NCBI GenBank assembly: GCA_964016885.1
Contig: OZ024746.1
Span: 20,646,001 to 20,710,000 of the forward strand
DNA from: Eledone cirrhosa
Taxonomy: Eukaryota
Direction of reading: 5' to 3'
Length of the DNA stretch: 64,000 nucleotides
In this document: piece after piece, positions 41,312 to 55,365 of the stretch
Position numbering within the stretch: the stretch's first letter is position 1
Layout of the letters: every line of letters begins with the position of its first letter
Translations under genes and position numbers: made by a program
Notes under the pieces: generated by a model
Databases searched by the model: none
The model's input: only the letters and a program-made list of their open reading frames with translations
What the model was told of the DNA's origin: nothing

Positions 41312-43720
41312 TGGTGGTGGTGGTGTGGGGTGGTGGTGTGAGATGGTGGTGGTGGTGTGAGGTGGTGGTCGTGGTGTGGTGGTGGTGTGAGGTGTGAGGT
41401 GGTGGTGTGGGGTGGTGGTGGTGATGTGGGGTGGTGGTGGTGTGAGGTGTTAGCGGTGTTAGGTGGTGGTGGTGTGAGGTGTTAGTGGTGTGAGGAGGTG
41501 GTGGTAGTGGTGTGAGGTGGTCTGAGGTGGTGTTAGTGTGAGGTTGTGGTGGGGTGAGGTGGTGGTGATAGTGATGTGAGTGGTGGTGTGAGGTGGTGGT
41601 GTGAGGAGGTGATGGTAGTGGTGTGAGGTATTAGTGGTGTGAGGTGGTGGTCTGAGGTGGTTGTGGTGTGAAGTGTTAGTGGTGTGAGGTGGTGGTGTGA
41701 GGTGGTGGTGGTGTGAGGTGTTAGTGGTGTGAGGTGGTGGTGGTGTGAGGAGGTGGTGGTGTGAGGTGGTGGTGTGAGGTGGTGGTGGTGTGAAGTGGTG
41801 GTGTGATGGTAGTGGTGTGAGGTGTTAGTGGTGTGAGGTGGTGGTGTGAGGTGGTGGTGGTTGTGGTGTGAGGTGGTGGTGGTGTGAGGTGGTGGTGTGA
41901 GGTGGTGGTGTGAGGTGGTGGTGGTGTGAGGTGGTGGTGGCGTGAGGTGTCAGTGGTGGGAGGTGTTAGCGGTGTGAGGTGGTGTGTAGTGTTAGTGTGA
42001 GGTTGTGGTGGTGTGAGGTGGTGGTGTTAGTGATGTGAGGTGGTGGTGTGAGGAGGTGATGGTAGTGGTGTGAGGTGTTAGTGGTGTGAGGTGGTGGTGT
42101 GAGGTCGTTGTGGTGTGAGGTGGTGGTGGTGTGAGGAGGTGGTGGTGTGAGGTGGTGGTGTGAGGTGGTGGTGGTGTGAGGTGGTGGTGTGTCGTGGTGG
42201 TGGTGTGAGGTGGTGTGAGGTGTTAGTATGAGGTTGTGGTGGTGTGAGGTGGTGGTGTGAGGAGGTGATGGTAGTGGTGGGAGGTGTTAGTGGTGTGGGG
42301 TGGTGGTCTGAGGTGGTTGTGGTGTGAGGTGTTAGTGTGAGGTTGTGGTGGTGTGAGGTGGTGTTAGTGATGTGAGTGGTGGTGTGAGGTGGTGGTGTGA
42401 GGTGGTGGTGTTAGTAATGTGAGTGGTGGTGTGAGGTGGTGGTGTGAGGAGGCGGTGTTAGTAATGTGAGTGGTGGTGTGAGGTGGTGGTGTGAGGAGGT
42501 GATGGTAGTGGTGTGAGATGTTAGTGGTGTGAGGTGGTGGTGTGAGTTGGTGGTGGTGTGAGGTGGTTGTGGTGTGAGGTGGTGGTGGTGTGAGGTGGTG
42601 GTGTGAGGTGGTGGTGGTGTGAGGTGGTTGTGGTGTGAGGTGGTGGTGGTGTGAGGCGGTGGTGGCGTGAGGTGTTAGTGGTGGGAGGTGTTAGCGGTGT
42701 GAGGTGGTGGTGTGAGGTGGTGTGTAGTGTTAATGTGAGGTTGTGGTGGTGTGAGGTGGTGGTGTGAGGAGGTGATGGTAGTGGTGTGAGGTGTTAGTGG
42801 TGTGAGGTGGTGGTGGTGTGAGGAGGTGGTAGTAGTGGTGTGAGGTGGTGATAGTGTGAGGTGGTGGTGTGAGGAGGTGGTGGTGTGAGGTGGTGGTGTG
42901 TGGTGGTGGTAGTGTGAGGTGGTGTGAGGTGTTAGTGTGAGGTTGTGGTGGTGTGAGGTGGTGGTGTGAGGAGGTGATGGTAGTGGTGTGAGGTGTTAGT
43001 GGTGTAAGGTGGTGGTCTGAGGTGGTTGTGGTGTGAGGTGTTAGTGTGAGGTTGTGGTGGTGTGAGGTGGTGGTGTGAGGTGGTGGTGTGAGGAGGTGAT
43101 GGTAGTGGTGTGAGGTGTTAGTGGTGTGAGGTGGTGGTGTGAGTTGGTGGTGGTGTGAGGTGGTGGTGTGAGGTTGTGGTGGTGTGAGGTGGTGGTGGTG
43201 TGAGGTGGTGGTGGTGTGAGGAGGTGGTAGTAGTGGTGTGAGGTGGTGGTGGTGTCAGGTGGTGGTGGTGTGAGGTGGTGGTGTGAGGTGGTGGTGGTGT
43301 GAGGTGGTGGTGTGAGGTTGTGGTGGTGTGAGGTGGTGGTGTTAGTGATGTGAGTGGTGGTGTGAGGAGGTGATGGTAGTGGTGTGAGGTGTTAGTGGTG
43401 TGAGGTGGTGGTGTGAGGTGGTTGTGGTTGAGGTGTTTGTGGTGTGAGGTGGTGGTGTGAGGTGGTGGTGGTGTGAGGTGGTGGTGGTGTGAGGAGGTGG
43501 TGTGAGGTGGTGGTGGTGTGAGGTGGTGGTGGTGTGAGGGGGTGGTGGTTGGAGGTCGTGGTGGTGTGAGGTGGTGTTAGTGTGAGGTTGTGGTGGTGTG
43601 AGGTGGTGGTGTGAGATAGTGGTGTGAGGTGTTAGTGTGAGGTGGTGGTGGTGTGAGGTGGTGGTGTGAGGTGTTCGTGGTGTGAGGTGTTCGTGTGAGG
43701 TGGTGGTGGTGTGAGGTGGA
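41312..43720 (+). repeat. 2.4-kb G/T-rich satellite based on GTGA(GGT)2-4, with GTTAGT and GATGGTAGT variants
   Basis: Direct inspection; almost no C on the + strand. Confidence 0.97.
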
Positions 43721-44677
43721 GCACACAAACCTCATAACATGCTATTCATTACCTTAATATATAGGTTTCTTAATTCATCCTTCCTGTAGGTCAGAGAAGA
43801 AATTCAGAACCTTCGGCTTCAAACTTGTTAGCGCCATATTATTGATTAAGGAAAACTTACCTCTGTAGACCAGGTAATGAATACCTTATAACATCATTGA
43901 TGATATAGTAGTCGCAGTTTACTCTAAGTTATCTTGGTCATTGCTCTCAAGCATATTGACTCTGTATCCAGAGTCACAATTTTCTTCTTTTTATATTAGA
44001 TTACCGTTTATGTTTATTCATAACGCTAGAGTAGTAATAACTACACACTCTTTGATCTCTGATCGATTCTTCAGAACAATACCGTCTACAGACTGGTTGC
44101 GAATCCTTTGTTGATGTTGTTGTTGTTATAGTTGTTGTTGTTGATGATGTTGTCGTTATTGTTGTTGCTGTTGATGTTGTCGGTGCTTTTGTTGTTGATG
44201 TTGTTGTTGTTGTTGTTGTTGTTGTTGCTGTTGTTGTTGTAATACGCTATAACATTTTCATTTCATTCACTGTAAACTACAACATTCGATGCTTCATCAT
44301 GATCCTCTCATTTACGTCATATATTCCGGCTGTATTCGTGTTCACACGAAATGTCGGCAATTAGCTAATTTCTTTAATTGCTATTGGCAATATTCTGTAC
44401 AACCCACTTCCATGTTTATAGAGAATCACTTTTAGCAAGTCTTCACCACACATACACTTCTTTCTTTTACCTTCTAACTCTTGTACTACATACATCTCTT
44501 TGATCTTAAAACACCAGGAACTGAGAGTCAACAGTATCTCATTGCTAATTAGGAAGACTGCTCTTTAGATGGCGAAGTCTAAGATGGATATATATTTATC
44601 TACTTGGTTTTTCAAATGTGCACGTAGTAATCATACAAAATTTAATTGAGAAAAAAAGTGTTTCTATGAGCATGTAT

Positions 44678-44741
<64 letters not shown>

Positions 44742-44825
44742 AAGGGAGAGAGAGAGAGAGAGAAAGGGAGAGAGAGAGAGAGAGAGAGAGAAAGGGAGAG
44801 AGAGAGAGAGAGAGAGAGAGAAAGG

Positions 44826-44932
<107 letters not shown>

Positions 44933-44962
44933 GACTTCTACAGGACTAGAACTCATTTCTGT

Positions 44963-45166
44963 ATACAATAGAAGTCATTTCTATATATAATAGAAGTCAT
45001 TTCTATATACAATAGAAGTCATTTCTATATACAATAGAAGTCATTTCTATATATAATAGAAGTCATTTCTATATACAATAGAAGTCATTTCTATATACAA
45101 TAGAAGTCATTTCTATATATAATAGAAGTCATTTCTTTATATAATAGAAGACATTTCTATATATAA
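44963..45166. repeat. 22-bp tandem repeat, about 9 copies
   Basis: ata(c/t)aatagaagtcatttctat. Confidence 0.95.
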
Positions 45167-45416
45167 TAAAGATGCCTATTCTCTACCAATATATTGAGTA
45201 GTTTTACTATTGCAATAGGTGAAACACACATAGTTGAAATTGAAGCAAGATCTTTTAAATAGTGTGTATCAAAATATATTTGTAACTTTGGTTAATTTTA
45301 TAGTGAGCCTGGAGAGAGTATACGAGCCAGGCAACGAAAATAATGCGATTCTGTTCTAATATATTGGGTGTCATTCAGTGTTTGTGCAGTCAGCGTTTGC
45401 ATTCAGTGTTTATGAT

Positions 45417-45680
45417 GATGCGTGGCCTAGTGGTGAGGGTGTTGGACTTACGATCATAATGTCGTGGGTTTGACTCTTGGACTGGGTTGTGTCTTGTATT
45501 CTTGAGCAAAAACACTTCATTACATGTTGCTTCAGTATATTCAACTGAAAATGAGTACCAGCAATAGCTGGGGGATTAGCCCTGTGCTGAGCTGGCGTCC
45601 TGTCCTCTCAGTCGCTTAACTTCACGGACCCGGTATAAACAACGGCCCCATGAAGGTCGAGACAGACTTTAGACTTTTGC
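45417..45680 (+). mobile_element. tRNA-derived SINE, family D
   Basis: A box TGGCCTAGTGG, B-box-like GGGTTTGACTC, agacttt tail. Confidence 0.8.
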
Positions 45681-47089
45681 TTTAGCAGTCAGTCAGTACC
45701 GCATTTGTTATCTTAATCACACCAAATAAATCTCCCAGTGGCGTCAATTTGGCCGTTAGCGTATGATAAGTATTGCACTTCACACCACATATCCTATAAG
45801 TTAAACCATTCTTTGTAGGAATACATGTTTAAAGTTGCTCTCAGTTAGAGTTAAAGCTTTACTTATATAGCAATGACATTAGACAAAAGATAAATTTATA
45901 TATATATTCCTATTTAGTTTAAGTTACATTAAATGTTCCGTTTGAGTGTGTGAGTAAGTATGTGTGCGTGTGAGCGTGTGTGCGTGTGTGTGTGCGTGTA
46001 TGCGTGCGCGTGTCTGTCTGTTCATATTACTCTCACTTACTTTGAAGACAATTTAATTTTAATTATATTACATTAGAGATTCCACCAAGTATAAGACAGA
46101 CATACGATTCAAATAAAAATGGTTAAAATCAAATGAAATTTACTATTTATTTAGTAAATGCAATTAGTAATTGCTAATTAACCATTTGCGTTGTATTTTC
46201 CTTTTCTAAGAAGACGGCGGTTTCTTTTCAATACTTTCATTTTACATTTCCTCACGTGGTGACAGGTGGCAGTCTGATATTTGATACTATGACGACTGCA
46301 TTTATTTTAACGACAGTCAACAATAGTAGCTGTTTTATTGTATAGCATTTCTTTGCCAATTGTATGGAAGCATTAAATTAATTTGGAGTATTTATTAGTT
46401 ACTGGAAAACTGTTCAAACTCATCAGAATTTATGGAAGATATTTAGATACAACACTGTTGGGAGAAAGTCTATGCCTTTGTGATCAATCAAACTATATGG
46501 TTCCTTGTCTAATGACTGAAACCAGGAAAAGAATAAAAGAATGAAAAAATGAAAGGATAAAACAATTATTTTGATTATTACACTGTTGAACATATATATA
46601 TATATTAACCCGTCACCATTCTGGGTAGCATGTGGTAGTTCACCAGAACAACAGAGACCTCACCTTCCCCTCTCTTTTTACCTGTAAAATCCTGATGGAT
46701 CATAGGGGCATGTAATAGCATATGGAATTTCTTGGGAAATTAAAAAAATACCCGGCGGAGCTCATCCTCTCCCCCCAGGTCTAAACACAGCTGATTTCAT
46801 GCGGAGAAGAATGAGAGAAAGATGCAGTCTATATAGAACTACATTATTTACATTATACTTTGTGATGCAGTAGGATGTGATACGAGGAAATCTGGTTGCA
46901 ATTTATACCTGATAAATTGCTCACAGAGAGACTTCATCACCGCCCCACAGCCCACATGTGTAGAAGGTAGGCATTGTTTCATCTAAAGTGATTGACGAAT
47001 ATTTGTTGGACAATAATGTTCTAAGCATTTACTGAAGCGATCTTCAGTCAGGACACTAACACCGCTAATACTGAGTGCTTTCCCATTTC

Positions 47090-47411
47090 AGGTATGGTAT
47101 GGTATGGTCCTGTAACTCCTGATAGAGTGGTAGGGACACCCGTATTGACACACGCCGTTTCTTAGGTATTTTAAGTCTGACAGAGCCCATCTCCTCTCCA
47201 GGTCTGAACACAGTAGATTTCCTTCAGAGAAGAATAGAAAGTGTGAGGAAGAGGGAGTGAGAAAAGTATATAGAGGCAGAATCGACCTCAGTACTAAACT
47301 GGTACCTTTTTTTTTTATCAACCTTGAAGGCAGGATTTGAATTCATAGAGAGTAGAGAATAGGAACGAATACCACAAAACACTCAAACCGACGTTTTAAT
47401 GACTGCCAATT
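47090..47411 (-). mobile_element. Family-A SINE, long-tail subfamily
   Basis: (CCATA)n tail; homology to 1140-1402. Confidence 0.8.
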
Positions 47412-47682
47412 TCATGTAATCAATAAGAAATATTTCCAAGTATTCTCATTAATATTATTTTCACGATTTATCATAACTCCAGCGATAATTAGTTTTAAAT
47501 ATGTCAAATAAATCAATAAAGCTTGCATAGTGTATCCAGAAGTAAATTATCCAGTGTGACCTTTTAAACGATGTGGGTTAGATTGTAATGATTGTGATGT
47601 ACATCCCAGGCATACGAAACATACACACATATGCATATATGCATATATATGTACATACGTACGTATATAAGTATGTATGTAT

Positions 47683-48432
47683 ATTCTCTCTTTCTCTTAA
47701 TTTCGAGTATATTTTTGACCGGCCACCTTCCTGGTGGCAAGGTTGTAAAAGAAAAGAAATTGTCATCCCTTGAATCGCAAGAATGTTTTGCAAATTTTGA
47801 AAGTGCCAGCTATCGCAGCCATTTGTATGTATGTATGTATGTATGTATGTATGTATGTATGTATGTACAACCTGTCTCATGGTCGGGTCGTTGGCGACTA
47901 AACTAGCAACCCCACCAAGGTTTCTTGGTGAGGAGGGTGACTTTGGACATCCTGCAGTACTAAAAACAAAACCTGTCAAAGGGCAAAGGAGCTCTTAAGA
48001 GTCAATGGCCATCCAAAATCACCGGGAGAGATGACCCCTTAGCCTTTGTCAAGGCAGAATTCTAGGAGAAGGAAAACTCTGATGTAACACCTGCAACCCT
48101 GATGGTATCCAATGATGTTGACTTGTTCTTCTTTTTGGTAAATATCATCTTGGTTAAGAGAGTGGGACTGGCTTTGTGCAGTGCCTTTGCTCACTATAAA
48201 AGCTTCACGGCACAGGCATTGCTTTATATCTGGTGATCTCTCTGCACTTGTCCTCACATTGTACCATGGACCCAGCACTATGTGTCAATAATTGTCACAA
48301 GTGTAGTGTTTGTACCAGAGTTTTCAAGTCGCTGGCTGGACTAAAATGTCACACTCGTTCAGCGCATCGGTAGGGGTTCTCCTACATGGATATAAAGTAG
48401 TGGCCGTACTCGAAAACGAGTTGGCAGCCACC
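47683..48432 (-). mobile_element. (TATG)n-embedded composite: 570-bp repeat (47865-48432), (CATA)n, then RLE-LINE family-2 3' end (47683-47825)
   Basis: The 3' part encodes MAAIAGTFKICKTFLRFKG*; the 570-bp part recurs at 60827-61403. Confidence 0.75.
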
Positions 48433-48721
48433 ATGTATGTATGTATGTATGTATGTATGTATGTATGTATGTATGTATGTATGTATGTATATAGGGAGTG
48501 TAACTTGGAGTTACTGTAGGTTCACCCGGGTAAGCACTCGATGTTTAGGTTCACTTCTGTGTCGAGTGTAGAGCTATACAGAGTGTATTATATTGAAAAG
48601 ATAACAAGGACGATTGGTTACTCCTTCATTACACTTATCTCAAGCTTGAAACTAATATTAACATTTTGTACTGCTTCTTCGCTTCCAGGTTGTTGTTGTT
48701 TTGTTCACTGTTTCAACTATA

Positions 48722-48800
<79 letters not shown>

Positions 48801-49089
48801 TATATATCATATATATATTAAACATACATACATATATATATGAGAAACCTCATCGCTAGAACAGTCGTTAAAACAGCCAAATGCTATTGAAAGAGTGATG
48901 TGCAAAAATGTCTCAGAGGACAGAAACCAGCGGCCAGTGGTCGACAGAGACAATCCACGAGGTGGGTGACAAACAGACGAAATACAGAAAAGATTGAACA
49001 AGGAGGAGAGCAAGGAGAAGTGTGTTGGCGGATAGAATTGTCTGGAAAGAAGCAAATAAGACAAGTTCACACACCTACACATCTTTACC

Positions 49090-49194
49090 CAATGCAGTTA
49101 TTAATAAGAAGGTTTGAAACTAATGCATGCAAGATTTCGCAGTTCTAGCATCTCCTTCGTAGTCATCTTATAAACTTTTCAGCCCGTCCTCGTA
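49090..49194. mobile_element. Mariner MITE, right half
   Basis: ...aacttttcagcccgtcctcgta TIR plus the internal sequence shared with other copies. Confidence 0.75.
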
Positions 49195-49945
49195 TGTGGT
49201 GTCTGTTGTATTAGTAGTAGCTGTTGTTGTGGTGGTAGTGACGTTGACGTCGATGTTTGCCTCGTAACCTTTATTTTTCTCTCATTTGTATGCATGTATG
49301 TATGCAAAAATGTCTCAGAGGACAGAAAACACCGACCAGTGGTCGACAGAGACAATCCACCCATTTTTAGTACGAACAGGGTTCATTTTTCTCTCATTTT
49401 TTTTTTGTCGCTTCTTCCCTTCGGAGATAGTGTGCCATCCCCCCTCCTTTACGTCTACCTCGTTAGAGGAAATGTTCGGAAATTTGGTATTGGATCAGTG
49501 GTGGTGGTGGTGGGGTGAGGGAACATCCTCAGGTGTTGTGTTTGGGCTGGAGAGTTCTGTTGTCGACGTTGAGGGTGTTGTTGTTTTGGCCACCTCTTCT
49601 GGTGTTGGTGCACTTGATGGAGCTCAAGAACATATAACCTATTTGTTCAAGTAAAACATAGTGTATGTTGACTTCACAGAAATATCAATAGAATGCTTCA
49701 GAAGTATGATAGAAATAGTACACAGTATAATGTACAAATTGAATAGCGTCTCCGATAATTGAAACTGGCCGAAACTAGTTTTTCGACTCCTCATTCCACC
49801 AACATTGCTGCTATTTTTTCTAATTCCTTTCTTTCTGTTTTCTTTACATTCTTGGATATCTATTCTTTATACCAATTTCTCTGCGTCCTTTCAATCATCA
49901 TCTCTGAAAGTTTTGTACTACTACTACTACTACTACTACTACTAT

Positions 49946-49977
<32 letters not shown>

Positions 49978-49986
49978 TGCTACTAT

Positions 49987-50034
<48 letters not shown>

Positions 50035-50176
50035 CCTCTTTATTATTGCCCATCGCACAAATACTGATCTTCCTCTCCCTCTTCCGCACATACACACTTA
50101 CCTTCTCTCTCTCTTTCACTATTTAGTTCTCCTTGTGCTTTATGTCTCCTACGATCTACATTTCTGTAGAATGTCA

Positions 50177-50230
<54 letters not shown>

Positions 50231-50333
50231 AAACACACATACACATACACACACACATATATATATACACACCCAAACACACACACATACACACACACAC
50301 ACATACACACACACACAAACACACAAACACACA

Positions 50334-50417
<84 letters not shown>

Positions 50418-51311
50418 TACACACACACACACACACAAACACACATACACACATACACACAAACACACACCATTTACTATTTGATCATTAGACAGTGAAA
50501 GTAGAATCCCACGAACAGTCTGCTACTAGGCTCAATCTCTCTGCTATACACAAAGGAACCAAACTCCCGCTGTCACTGCTTCCGTCTCTCCCGCTCCCCC
50601 CATCTCTCACTATTGAGAGAAAATGGGGGCCCACGTGCTAGCTGTCCCGCGGCCCCCAGCGGACAGAATAGAGAAGGCGTTTCCCTCGGAGGATGGTGAG
50701 GAAGGCGAGCTGGAGGAGCCATTCCAGCTAGCGATGCTCACACTTGCGGGTAGCCAACTATGTGACAATGGTAGTGAGCAGAAGTCTCCACTGCCAGGGG
50801 CTCCACCGCAAAGCTGTCGGAGAGCGACCGAAGACTGCGGCTATGCTGGGGCACCACCTTGATTTAGTTGATTATATCGATACTTGTACTTATTATTATG
50901 CAAGTCTCGTGCTTGTTTTATCGATTTATTTGTCGAACTATTATTGCATTCCAAAGTCTAAAGTCGGTCTCGAGCAGAGATGTTCTTCAGTAAACTGAGT
51001 ATATTGGAGCAATGTGGAATCGAACCCACGATATTATGATCGTAAGTCCAACACCCACCTTCTTCTTCTTCTTCTTCTTCTTCTTCTTCTTCTTCTTCTT
51101 CTTCTATAACATTATGTATACGAGCTTTACAGTAAAATGTTACAAGACATTTAAGTAGAAAATTATTTTTATCTGAAGTTCTTGTCAGACCGAATTTCTT
51201 TTATTCAAAGGGGATTAAAGAAATCCTTCATTTTATAGCTGAAGTCCTTTAACATCTGTTGATCAGAATATGAATAAAACCACTAAGATTTGGTATACTG
51301 CAGGGCATTCT

Positions 51312-51526
51312 GGGAGATTGTAATCGGTAGAGCGTCGGAAAACATGATTTGCGGCATACACTTATGTCTGTTTATGCTCTGAGTTCAAGTCCCGCCTGGG
51401 TTAGCTTTGCCTTTCATCCTGAGAGCATCGATAAAGCACCAGATACGCCCTGTGGTCGATTTAATCGACTTTCTCCTCCCCCAAAATTGCTGGCCTTGTG
51501 CCTAAATCAGAAACCATTATTATTAT
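51312..51526 (+). mobile_element. Family-A SINE
   Basis: B box GAGTTCAAGTCC, core, tail ending in (TTA)n. Confidence 0.8.
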
Positions 51527-52596
51527 TGAGATAAATTAATGAACATTGTAAAACATTCATTATTTCGTCATTATATTCATAACACTTGTTTAACATTTAT
51601 CAAACATGTCTTCGCCTTCTTCGCCCTTTGTTTCTGTTGAATAGAAAAAAAATGTATTATTTATTGCATTATGATTCTGTCACGTTTTAAGACGCGGCAA
51701 TGATTGTGAATCCTAATGCATACAAATTATTATTGAACAATAGAAATGCATTGCTGCTATTTACAAGGTTTTAAAACCAAATAATTCGGCTTATTGTGGA
51801 GAGAAATTCTTGTAGGTAATCTTTAAATTTCGTGACTTCTAATAATTATTGTAAACATATAAATGCCTTTAGATGGGAACATCTGCATTTATGAACTCTG
51901 TTTCTCAAAGCATTATTACATTTAAATGTTTATAGGAGATAATACTTATCGAAAACAAAATTCCATCGCATGCTCGATTAAGTGTAATCAGGAAGTTCAG
52001 TATGGTTAGCTCTGAAGCATTCAATCGGTAAAGTATGAATACTATTGTCTTTGACATAAAGAAGACGAGAAGACGAGAAATTTAATAGAATATCATTGAG
52101 TAGAGAAGGGCTTCAGCTGATCGATTGGAAAATCTATCAAACCATTAATTAAATAGTTACTGTTCATATCCTGTCATTGGCACCGCACCGAATCTTTTGC
52201 AAAATTATTTAACTCTTCGATTCACATTTCAGAATTATAGATAAATGTTGAAGGACAGGAGCATAGTAAGTTTGAAGAGATAAAGTGGTGATTAAAGACC
52301 CTCTTATATGATTAGACTGAAATAGAATCGTTTCTGTTGATACACAATCTGGCACTATCACAGAAAAGTACAACAAAACAAAAGTAAAAAAAAGAAAAAA
52401 TACAAAAATAAAGTGAAATCTAAATGAATCAAACTAGAAAAACAGTCAGAAGTCCAACATTTTAGATAAACGATGGCCTAAGATCTCATTCTGTAGTAAA
52501 TTTTCTATCTAGGGACAATAAATACATAGTTATATGATAAAACTTGGAACCGAACTGGTTATATTCCCGCTATAGGGGTCACTATCTTAACAGATG

Positions 52597-52936
52597 AAGG
52601 CACGCGGCTTAGTGGCTGGAGCGTTGGATTCACAATCGTGGTGTGGTGATTTCGATTCCCGGACCAGGCGATGCGTTCCATTCTCCAGTGAGACACTTTA
52701 TTTCATGTTGCACCGGTTCACTCAGCTGTAGAAATGAGTTGCAATGTCACTGGTGCCAAGCTGCATCGACCATTACCTTTCCGTTGGACAACATCAGAGG
52801 CGTGGATAGGGGAGACTGGTATGCATGGTTGACTGTTGGTCTTCCACAAAAAGTCCTTGCCCAGGCTTGTGCCCCAGAAGGGAAACTTTCTAGGTACAGA
52901 TCCTATGGTAATTCGTGATTGAAGGGGTTTTTTATC
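52597..52936 (+). mobile_element. tRNA-derived SINE, family C, near full length
   Basis: A box CGGCTTAGTGG, B-box-like ATTTCGATTCC; matches 31975. Confidence 0.8.
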
Positions 52937-53465
52937 CAACGAAAATGCATGTCAGAAATGAGAACACTTCCATTATTTTTAATATACATTATTTTGCAAT
53001 GAATGTCGTAGACTCAGGTTAATCTCTACACGTAACCTAGTTTCAACTCCCCGTCTAGTAAATTATCCTCATTTATGTTGACAATACTATTAAGAAAGGA
53101 TTACGAACATCACGCAATCTATTTTTACCTTGCTTGTAAATATAAAACCGTCTACAAATTTAAATAATCACTATCTGAACTAAAATCGATGATGTTATTC
53201 ATTATTTCAGGTCTTAAATGTTATCCGAGCTTGAAAATGTAAAAGTTGTTTTAAATGATTAATATAATCCAAAAGCCACCCCCGCCAAATAAAGGAATAA
53301 ATTGCCTTTTATTTTCGTAATTTATGTCTTAACAAATGAAACAGAGTCGCTGTTGTTGGTGGTTAAACATAAAATGAACATTCATGACTATGTGCGTTAT
53401 ACATACAGTTGGTGGTTTACTTAGGTTCAACGTCAATATTTATAGATGAATATAATCAGTAGGAT

Positions 53466-53718
53466 AGGGACGAATTGGCAGAGTTGTTAGAACGTCCCGG
53501 CTTTCTGATTTCTGAATTCAAACCCCGCCGAGGTCAACTTTGCCTTTCATCTTTTCGAGGTCAATAAAAAAAGTACCTGTCTAGTACTGGGGTCGATTCT
53601 TCCTCTATATCTCTTTCTTACCCCCCTCCTCTCTCTCTCTCTCTCACTTTTTACCCTTCTCTGGAAGAAATCTGCTGTGTTCAGACTTGGAGAGGAGATA
53701 AGCTTCACCAGGTTTAAA
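53466..53718 (+). mobile_element. Family-A SINE, long-tail subfamily
   Basis: A/B boxes and core. Confidence 0.8.
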
Positions 53719-54272
53719 TGTTGTATTCTGTTAGATTTTATTCAAAAGTAGAAAATGCAACTAATTCTGACTTGCACCGTAGCTCAATTGGACATCTTTA
53801 TTTCAGTTGTTGATAGACGTAGGATAGTTCAATCAGTATTCATATCCTCACATCACATTATCAGTATCAAGTTTAATTCATCCACTTCGAGTAGAATTTA
53901 GAATATTCTTCATTTTAATCGATAAAATAAGCATCAGCAATACTGATGATCCGAATCAATAAGATCCCAGACCTCATTTGCTTACTGAGTGAGGTTGAAC
54001 TCGTCAGATCGGACCAAGGAAACAAAATTCTCGTTGGCATTTCCAATTGCTGATATCTACCGGTTGCAACTCCTGGCAGAAGGAGCAATGTGAAATAAAG
54101 TGTCTTACCCAAGGACGGCCCGGGAATCGAACTCACAATCTAACGATTGTGAATCCGACTGATGCATTTAGAAAATAATCCTTTAGTATTACTGATATGA
54201 TAGGATAATCACTCTCTCTCATTTGGAGAAATGCTTATATTATATATAATATATTATATTATACTATATAAT

Positions 54273-54363
<91 letters not shown>

Positions 54364-54368
<5 letters not shown>

Positions 54369-54444
54369 GGTGTCCCCAAAATTGTATACACATATTTATT
54401 AGAATGATGTTGAAGTGTATATACATTTCTTGGGACAACCTGTA
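54364..54444. mobile_element. 80-bp Tc1-like MITE
   Basis: CAGAGGGTGTCCCCAAAATTGTATACAC / GTGTATATACATTTCTTGGGACAACCTGTA. Confidence 0.65.
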
Positions 54445-54519
54445 TATATAACTTGTCTGATAATTTGATTTGAAAATAGTTTGGAAACAATACAATAATG
54501 ACAGATATTTCTACACCAG

Positions 54520-54520
54520 T

Positions 54521-54551
<31 letters not shown>

Positions 54552-54982
54552 CCACCACCACCACCATCACCACCATCACCACCATCACCACCACCACCAC
54601 AAGCACCACCACCGCCACCATCACCACCACCACCACCACCATCACCACCACCACTACAGGCACCACCACCACCACCATCACCACAAGCACCACCATCACC
54701 ACCACCACCACCATCACCACCACCACTACCATCACCACCACCACCACAAGCAACACCACCATCTACAGGCACCACCACCACCACAAGCACCACCATCACC
54801 ACCACCACCACCACCACCACAAGCACCACCACCACCACCATCACCACCACCACCACCATCACCACCAGCACCACCATCACCACCAGCACCACCACCACTA
54901 CCACCACCACAGGCACCACCACCACCACCACAAGCACCACTACCGCCACCACCACCACCACTAACAGCACCACCACCATCAT
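54520..54982. repeat. (CAG)/(CCA)-based low-complexity tract
   Basis: Direct inspection. Confidence 0.95.
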
Positions 54983-55365
54983 TTAATGCACTGGGTGATT
55001 GCTGGCCTTGTGCCTAAAGTAGAAACAATTATCATCATCAAATTATAAGTAAAATAATACGAATATTCTGACAGAAAAACCACAAACAAACTCGTCTATA
55101 ATACTAATCAAAAGAAATTAAGATACGTATTTCAATGTTATATGGAAAAGAATATACTATAAGATATAAAGACGAAACAGGTGCAGTATTAGAAATATAT
55201 CAATTTTCAAGAAAAGCATTGAAATATATTGGGACGTCAAACTTTATCTCAACCTTTTCGTTAGAGTCAAGTTCAATATAAAATATTCAAATTATTCTTC
55301 AACGGATGGGATATAAAATTATTCAATAATAGTTATTTGGTTAATGTAATATATCAAAACGTTAA

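Noticed and set aside
41312-43720. Canonical telomere array or His/Thr-rich gene (ORF 43342-43728)
   Set aside because: Not TTAGGG, the array is internal, and the ORF is a repeat artefact
44963-45166. 22-bp array (and the 60-, 64- and 100-bp tandems) as CRISPR
   Set aside because: No unique spacers, no cas genes, eukaryotic context
50490-50862. GC-rich 79-aa ORF
   Set aside because: No recognisable domain; may be a retroelement ORF1 start but cannot be supported from sequence alone
53943-53970. CTGATGA as a hammerhead core
   Set aside because: No properly placed stem II, GAAA or stem I
54254-54986. Pro-, Thr- or His-rich ORFs
   Set aside because: (CCA)n tract open in most frames
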